64,000 nucleotides of DNA from Pseudomonadota bacterium. GTDB taxonomy: Bacteria; Pseudomonadota; Gammaproteobacteria; JBCCGL01. The notes under the pieces are model-generated. The model was given only the letters and a program-made list of their open reading frames with translations. It was not told the origin of the DNA and ran no database searches. Made by a program: the position numbers and the translations under genes. Location: positions 49,961 through 113,960 of the forward strand of contig JBCCGL010000014.1 in the NCBI GenBank assembly GCA_039029275.1. The letters run 5' to 3'. Each line of letters starts with the position of its first letter. Position 1 is the stretch's first letter. Of the stretch, positions 58,738 to 64,000 are shown piece by piece.

Positions 58738-59644
58738 ACCAAGTAGTGATGCGTTCAAAATTGACGCCGAACAAAACCAGCACAATTCCGAGCAAGTGAA
58801 TGACGGTAAACTCCTCACCGAGAAAAGTCACCGCAAGCAATGATGCAATGACTGGAATAAAATTGTAGGCGATCCCGCCCAGAGCCGGGCCTCCAAGGCG
58901 CACGCCTTTCAACCACAGAATGCCCGACACGATTGACGGAAAAATCGCAACGTAAGCCAACACGCTGACTGTCTGAGTCGAAAGCGGCCAATCACTTTTT
59001 CCGGTCATAACGTCGAATAGATAAAAAGGCAGAATGCCAATCAGACCGAGTACGATGTTGACGAACAAAAACCCGCTAACCGAAAACGTATTCGGCAATC
59101 GTTTGAGGTAAACCGAGTAAACGGCAAAAACGACGATGGACGTGAGTATGAGTCCGTCACCGGGTGACAGCGCCGAGAGCACACCGCTCTGCAGACCGCC
59201 CGCAGCGAAGATAACCAGTGCGACGCCGCTGAGCGAAAAAAAGAGCCCCGCGACTTTTTTGCTGCCAATTTTTTCGACACCCATCAGCCACGACAGCATA
59301 AAAATAAACACGGGCAGCGACGCAGAAATAATCCCGACTTTGGTTGCGGTAATCCATTGCATCGACCAGTACTGAAACGTGTTGTAAATCGTGATGCTGA
59401 AAAACGCGAGCAGGGTGATTAGCTTCCAGTGCTCACGATAAAACTCGCGCTCGCGCACCACGATCGGAATCGCGAACGGCGCGAGCACAACGCACGCGAG
59501 TGCCCAGCGCCAGAACGATAGCGAGAACGGCGGGATGGTATCGACGATTGACTTGCCGATCACGGTATTGCCCGCCCAAAAACTCACCGCCAAAAGCAAA
59601 TAGAAAAACGCCAGGCGTGCCGGCCGTGGATTTCCGTCGCTCAA
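58709..59644 (-). CDS. DMT/EamA family transporter
   Basis: About 10 TM helices, PPFSLSFWRW, FLGE. Confidence 0.88.
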   Translation of the reverse strand: MSDGNPRPARLAFFYLLLAVSFWAGNTVIGKSIVDTIPPFSLSFWRWALACVVLAPFAIPIVVREREFYREHWKLITLLAFFSITIYNTFQYWSMQWITATKVGIISASLPVFIFMLSWLMGVEKIGSKKVAGLFFSLSGVALVIFAAGGLQSGVLSALSPGDGLILTSIVVFAVYSVYLKRLPNTFSVSGFLFVNIVLGLIGILPFYLFDVMTGKSDWPLSTQTVSVLAYVAIFPSIVSGILWLKGVRLGGPALGGIAYNFIPVIASLLAVTFLGEEFTVIHLLGIVLVLFGVNFERITTWFTRSAQAPQ

Positions 59645-59662
59645 AGTGGTGCTTCCTGTTGC

Positions 59663-60007
59663 TTACTTGGCCGCGATAACTCCGATCTCGACGAGCAAAT
59701 CGGGGGAGGCGAGTCGCGCTTCGATACAGGCGCGCGCCGGAGCATGGCCCTCGGGCACCCAGGCATCCCACACCTCGTTCATTTGGGCGAAATGGCCAAT
59801 ATTGGCGACCCAAACCTGCGCCGAAAGAATCTTGGTTTTATCGCTGCCAGCCTCTGCCAATAACGCATCGATCTTATCCAGCACTTGCTGTGTTTGTGTC
59901 GCGATGTCGGCGTCGCGATCGCTGGCGACCTGCCCGGCAAGGTAAACGGTATCGCCGTGAATCACGATCGGGCTCATGCGTTTGTTTGTATTGATTCGTT
60001 CAATCAT
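59663..60007 (-). CDS. RidA family protein (YoaB-like)
   Basis: [33 protein letters not shown]. Confidence 0.9.
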   Translation of the reverse strand: MIERINTNKRMSPIVIHGDTVYLAGQVASDRDADIATQTQQVLDKIDALLAEAGSDKTKILSAQVWVANIGHFAQMNEVWDAWVPEGHAPARACIEARLASPDLLVEIGVIAAK

Positions 60008-60154
60008 TGCTGGTTTGTACCTCTTGTTTGACGTGCGAAGGGTACCCTGTGTCAAACCGAAACTCGACCGATTTGTGTGGCGAAACCATCCTCTCAGGCG
60101 ACATGCCAAAACGCGTGTTACGATTTGGCGCAACACTGAATCGGAAAATTCCCC

Positions 60155-60868
<714 letters not shown>

Positions 60869-60880
60869 TTGACGCCGAAC

Positions 60881-61801
60881 TCATTGCGGCGCGAAAAGAT
60901 TTTCCTCCAACCACGATTTGACTGTTTTGACATGTGCGTGCAAGGCGTTCGGATCCGCCGATAGGAAATGGCATCTGCCGGTGCACCAGACGTGATCACC
61001 GAGTCGCTGGAGTAAGCCCTGCGCAAGCAATCCGTCCACCATCGGCTGCCAGCCCAATGCGATGCCGTGTCCGCCGAGCGCCGCCTGCAATAGCAAGTCG
61101 TAATTGTTGATCAACAGACCTTGCGGATTCGCCTCGCGCGGCTCGCCGAAGTGGGTGAACCACTCAGCCCAGCCAATCGGCGATTCCCGCAGGTCGCGCC
61201 AGTGCTCCGGGTCGAGATGCAACAAACGATCAGCCGGCAAGGACTCTGCGCTCGCCTGTCCCAGAGATTCCACCAGCGCCGGGCTGCACACCGGAAACAT
61301 GCACTCCTCAAAAAGAACGGCTGCATCTTTCGGAACGCGGGATTGATCCGAGTAAGAAATGGTCAGATCGACCTGCTCGCGGCTGGCGTCGATATGGCGA
61401 TCCACCGCGAGCACGCGCACGTCGACGTTTGGATTGTGCGCGCGAAACGCGGCCAGTCTGGGCATCAGGCAGTGTGTCGCCATTGCCACGCTCAGTCCAA
61501 TTGTGACGGGGTGTCGATCACCCTGGGCGCGCAGCGAAGTGGCGCATCGCGCGATTTCGCCCAGCCCGTTGCCAACCACTGCATGCAGCTCGAGACCGGC
61601 CGCGGTCAACGCCAGAGATCGATGCCGGCGGGTGAACAGCGCCACCCCCAGGTTGGATTCCAGCCGCTGAATTTGCTTGCTGACAGCCGCCTGCGAGATA
61701 TGCAGCTCGTCCCCGGCACGGGTAAATGACAGCAGTCGGCCGGCGGCTTCAAATGCGCCGAGCGTGCTGATGGGTGGCAGAGAGTCGCGGATTTTTCGCA
61801 T
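60881..61801 (-). CDS. LysR family regulator (GcvA-like)
   Basis: LPP..TL.AFEAAGRLLSFTRAGDELHISQAAVS. Confidence 0.92.
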   Translation of the reverse strand: MRKIRDSLPPISTLGAFEAAGRLLSFTRAGDELHISQAAVSKQIQRLESNLGVALFTRRHRSLALTAAGLELHAVVGNGLGEIARCATSLRAQGDRHPVTIGLSVAMATHCLMPRLAAFRAHNPNVDVRVLAVDRHIDASREQVDLTISYSDQSRVPKDAAVLFEECMFPVCSPALVESLGQASAESLPADRLLHLDPEHWRDLRESPIGWAEWFTHFGEPREANPQGLLINNYDLLLQAALGGHGIALGWQPMVDGLLAQGLLQRLGDHVWCTGRCHFLSADPNALHAHVKTVKSWLEENLFAPQ

Positions 61802-61814
61802 AACTCAATGTTAT
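61800..61814. promoter_or_regulatory. LysR recognition site ATAAC-N5-GTTAT
   Basis: Perfect palindrome at the LysR start in a divergent gap. Confidence 0.6.
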
Positions 61815-61904
61815 CCGAAACCTGGAAATTGTCATTTGAAAAATGTGCGTTTCGAGTTTAGTTTTTCACCATACCCAATGCGACTTTTCGGAGTTCAACA
61901 TAAG

Positions 61905-62690
61905 GTGACTGACAATAACGAATCAGTGCTCGCCATTATCGGCGGCGGGCAGTTGGCTAATTACTTTTTGGCTGGTTTACGGCAGTCCGGCGATTCGCGT
62001 CGCGTGGTGCTGAGCCCGCACAATCGCGCCAAAGCCGAAGACCTTGCCACCCGCTATAGCTGCGAGATCGCCAGTGACAACCAAAGTGCGGTCGATCAGG
62101 CTGATCTGGTACTCCTGGCAACGCGGCCGGATGTAGCCGAAGCCGCGCTCCAAGCGCTCGAGCTGCACGATGCGCAAACGGTGGTATCGGTTGTCGCGGG
62201 AATCGGCCTCGACCGGCTCGAGCCGCTGGCCGCACCGGCCAGGGTTGTGCGCAGCCTGCCCGTGTGTTGCGCCGAAGTCGGCACCGGCGGTATGCCGCAG
62301 TTTCCCGCTGATGCACGCGTGACGGGTTTGCTAAGTACCATGGGCCGCGTGGTGGTGATGGACGACGAGGCGAGCTTCGACACCATGGCTGTCACCGGCT
62401 GCGCGATCATCTGGTTTGCGCAAATGATCGCCGAGCTGCAAAAGTGGTTGCAAGCCAACGGTGTCGCCGAGTCGCAGGCGCGGTCGATGGCGCTGCTCAC
62501 AGCGCAAGGCGCGAGCGGTCTGCCGCTGGCTAAACCGGATCTCCCCGTGCAAGCGCTGGTTGACTCGATTGCGCGCGACGGCACCTTCACCCTGATCGGC
62601 ATGGATATCCTGCGCGAGCAGGGTGGTTTCGATGCCCTGCACAGTGCGTGCGACAACATACTTGGCCGCTTTCAGGCTGCGAATAATTAA
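61905..62690 (+). CDS. pyrroline-5-carboxylate reductase-like NAD(P)-binding protein
   Basis: IIGGGQLA, LLATRP, VSVVAG, VRSLP, GTFT..G; start codon uncertain. Confidence 0.75.
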   Translation: MTDNNESVLAIIGGGQLANYFLAGLRQSGDSRRVVLSPHNRAKAEDLATRYSCEIASDNQSAVDQADLVLLATRPDVAEAALQALELHDAQTVVSVVAGIGLDRLEPLAAPARVVRSLPVCCAEVGTGGMPQFPADARVTGLLSTMGRVVVMDDEASFDTMAVTGCAIIWFAQMIAELQKWLQANGVAESQARSMALLTAQGASGLPLAKPDLPVQALVDSIARDGTFTLIGMDILREQGGFDALHSACDNILGRFQAANN

Positions 62691-62702
62691 GGGGAATGCA
62701 CC

Positions 62703-63884
62703 ATGCTCTCTTCCGACATGATTACTGCGATCAATCTTGACACCGCCAATGCCACCGGCATGCCGAACAAGGCCTACACCGATGCGGACTTTCTACTGGC
62801 GGAACGCGAACGCGTTTTTGCGCCGAACTGGGCCTGCCTCGCGTTTGAATCGAGCATGCCGCAGCCCGGTCACGCCAAGCCGTTTAATTTTATCGGTTTG
62901 CCGCTGATGGCAGCGCGCGACGACGATGGTGAGTTACGCATTTTTCATAACGTTTGCAGTCATCGAGGGCAAATACTGGTTCACGGCGAGTGCCGCATGC
63001 GCGGCGGCCTCAAATGCCCTTATCACGCGTGGAACTACGCACCAAACGGCGAGCTGCGGGGCACCCCGCACATCGGCGGCACCGGCGTGCACGAGATCGC
63101 GCAATTCGACCGCAGCAAGCACGGACTAAAGCGTGTGCGCTCAGCAATTTGGATGGGAATGGTATTTGTCAATTTGTCCGGCACCGCGGAGGCGTTTGAC
63201 GATTACATCGCGCCGCTAAAAGCGCGTTGGGAAGCATTTTGCGGCGACGGCGAACTCGCGAAAGTCGGTGCGATTACACGCTGCGAACCTCAGTGCATGA
63301 CGTTGGACACCAACTGGAAACTCGCGGTTGAGAACTTCTGCGAGTCCTATCACTTGCCCTGGGTTCACCCCGAATTGAATCGCGTATCGAGGTTGAGTGA
63401 CCACTACAACATCACGCTCAACCACAATTTCGCCGGACAAGGCAGCAATGCCTATACGCGAAGCGGCGAGACCGATTCGCAGTTGCCTGCGTTCACCAAC
63501 TGGCCTGTCGAAAAAATCAAACAAGCCGAGTACATCGCGTTTTATCCGAACCTGTTGCTCGGCATCCACGCCGACCATGCGTTTGCGATGATTGTTGAGC
63601 CGCTTGCTCATAATAGATCTGCGGAGTACTGGCAGCTCTTTTACATCGACGAATCTGCAACGTCGGACCACTTGAGCGACACCCACGAATCCCTGCTCGG
63701 CTTTTGGCGCGATGTATTCGCCGAGGACATCGACGCGGTCGAGGGCATGCAGCGCGGACGCTCTTCACCGGGCTTCGGCGGCGGCGCGTTTTCTGCTGTC
63801 ATGGATGTTCCCACGCACCACTTCCATCGCTGGGTGGCGAATTGTTTTACCGACAACGCGGCACAGGAACGCTCGCTGTCCTGA
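62703..63884 (+). CDS. Rieske oxygenase alpha subunit (choline monooxygenase-like)
   Basis: NVCSHRG...CPYHAW Rieske ligands; NWK.AVENFCESYH.PWVH; ED...VEGMQ.G. Confidence 0.9.
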   Translation: MLSSDMITAINLDTANATGMPNKAYTDADFLLAERERVFAPNWACLAFESSMPQPGHAKPFNFIGLPLMAARDDDGELRIFHNVCSHRGQILVHGECRMRGGLKCPYHAWNYAPNGELRGTPHIGGTGVHEIAQFDRSKHGLKRVRSAIWMGMVFVNLSGTAEAFDDYIAPLKARWEAFCGDGELAKVGAITRCEPQCMTLDTNWKLAVENFCESYHLPWVHPELNRVSRLSDHYNITLNHNFAGQGSNAYTRSGETDSQLPAFTNWPVEKIKQAEYIAFYPNLLLGIHADHAFAMIVEPLAHNRSAEYWQLFYIDESATSDHLSDTHESLLGFWRDVFAEDIDAVEGMQRGRSSPGFGGGAFSAVMDVPTHHFHRWVANCFTDNAAQERSLS

Positions 63885-63911
63885 TCGACAAAAACTCGCT
63901 ACCATCGTGGA

Positions 63912-64000
63912 ATGGCGAGTGATGCAGATTTAGTCAACCAATCGGCAATCGAGGTTCTGGCGCTGCTGCGCAGCGGTGATGTGTCGCCGCTGGATTTGCT
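63912..64000 (+). CDS. probable amidase, N-terminus (runs off window)
   Basis: MASDADLVNQSAIEVLALLRSGDVSPLDL resembles the amidase-signature family N-terminal helices. Confidence 0.6.
   Translation, partial: MASDADLVNQSAIEVLALLRSGDVSPLDL

Noticed and set aside
60026-60110. Hairpin GTTTGAC..AGGGTACCCT..GTCAAAC plus CTCTCAGG as a glycine riboswitch
   Set aside because: The GGAGA and CCGAAG conserved elements are not in the required order; the flanking genes are RidA and an SDR

Overview
Bacterial chromosomal window, most likely a marine proteobacterium (gammaproteobacterial-like core genes alr, srkA, rimK, dsbB, trpS, plus many Rhodobacteraceae-like catabolic genes; taxonomy is inference). 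1-32 kb is mostly intact: two histidine kinases with a separately encoded periplasmic sensor-like protein, a TetR/MMPL/LolA-like/outer-membrane-barrel operon, a rimB-rimK-M14 hydrolase module, an FMN riboswitch before a type II lumazine synthase, and a Flavobacteriaceae-like FadL + GDSL lipase pair. 32-53 kb is a decaying accessory region. Three genes carry in-frame TAG stops (LysR, mttB-family, tRNA-binding protein), a Rieske oxygenase has lost its whole [2Fe-2S] domain and is frameshifted, and a methyltransferase is truncated. A run of short, AT-richer, minus-strand genes is separated by eroded attC-like elements, suggesting a fossil integron cassette array with no integrase in the window. 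53-64 kb holds quaternary-amine/osmolyte catabolism-like genes (GMC choline dehydrogenase-like, TauD, doeB, ProC-like, Rieske oxygenase, amidase). The best candidates for undescribed systems are the fossil cassette array, a small-protein + membrane-protein pair between alr and srkA, and a LysR-linked secreted beta-propeller + Ig-like pair. No rRNA, tRNA or CRISPR array was recognised. All family assignments are by motif recognition only; no searches were run.
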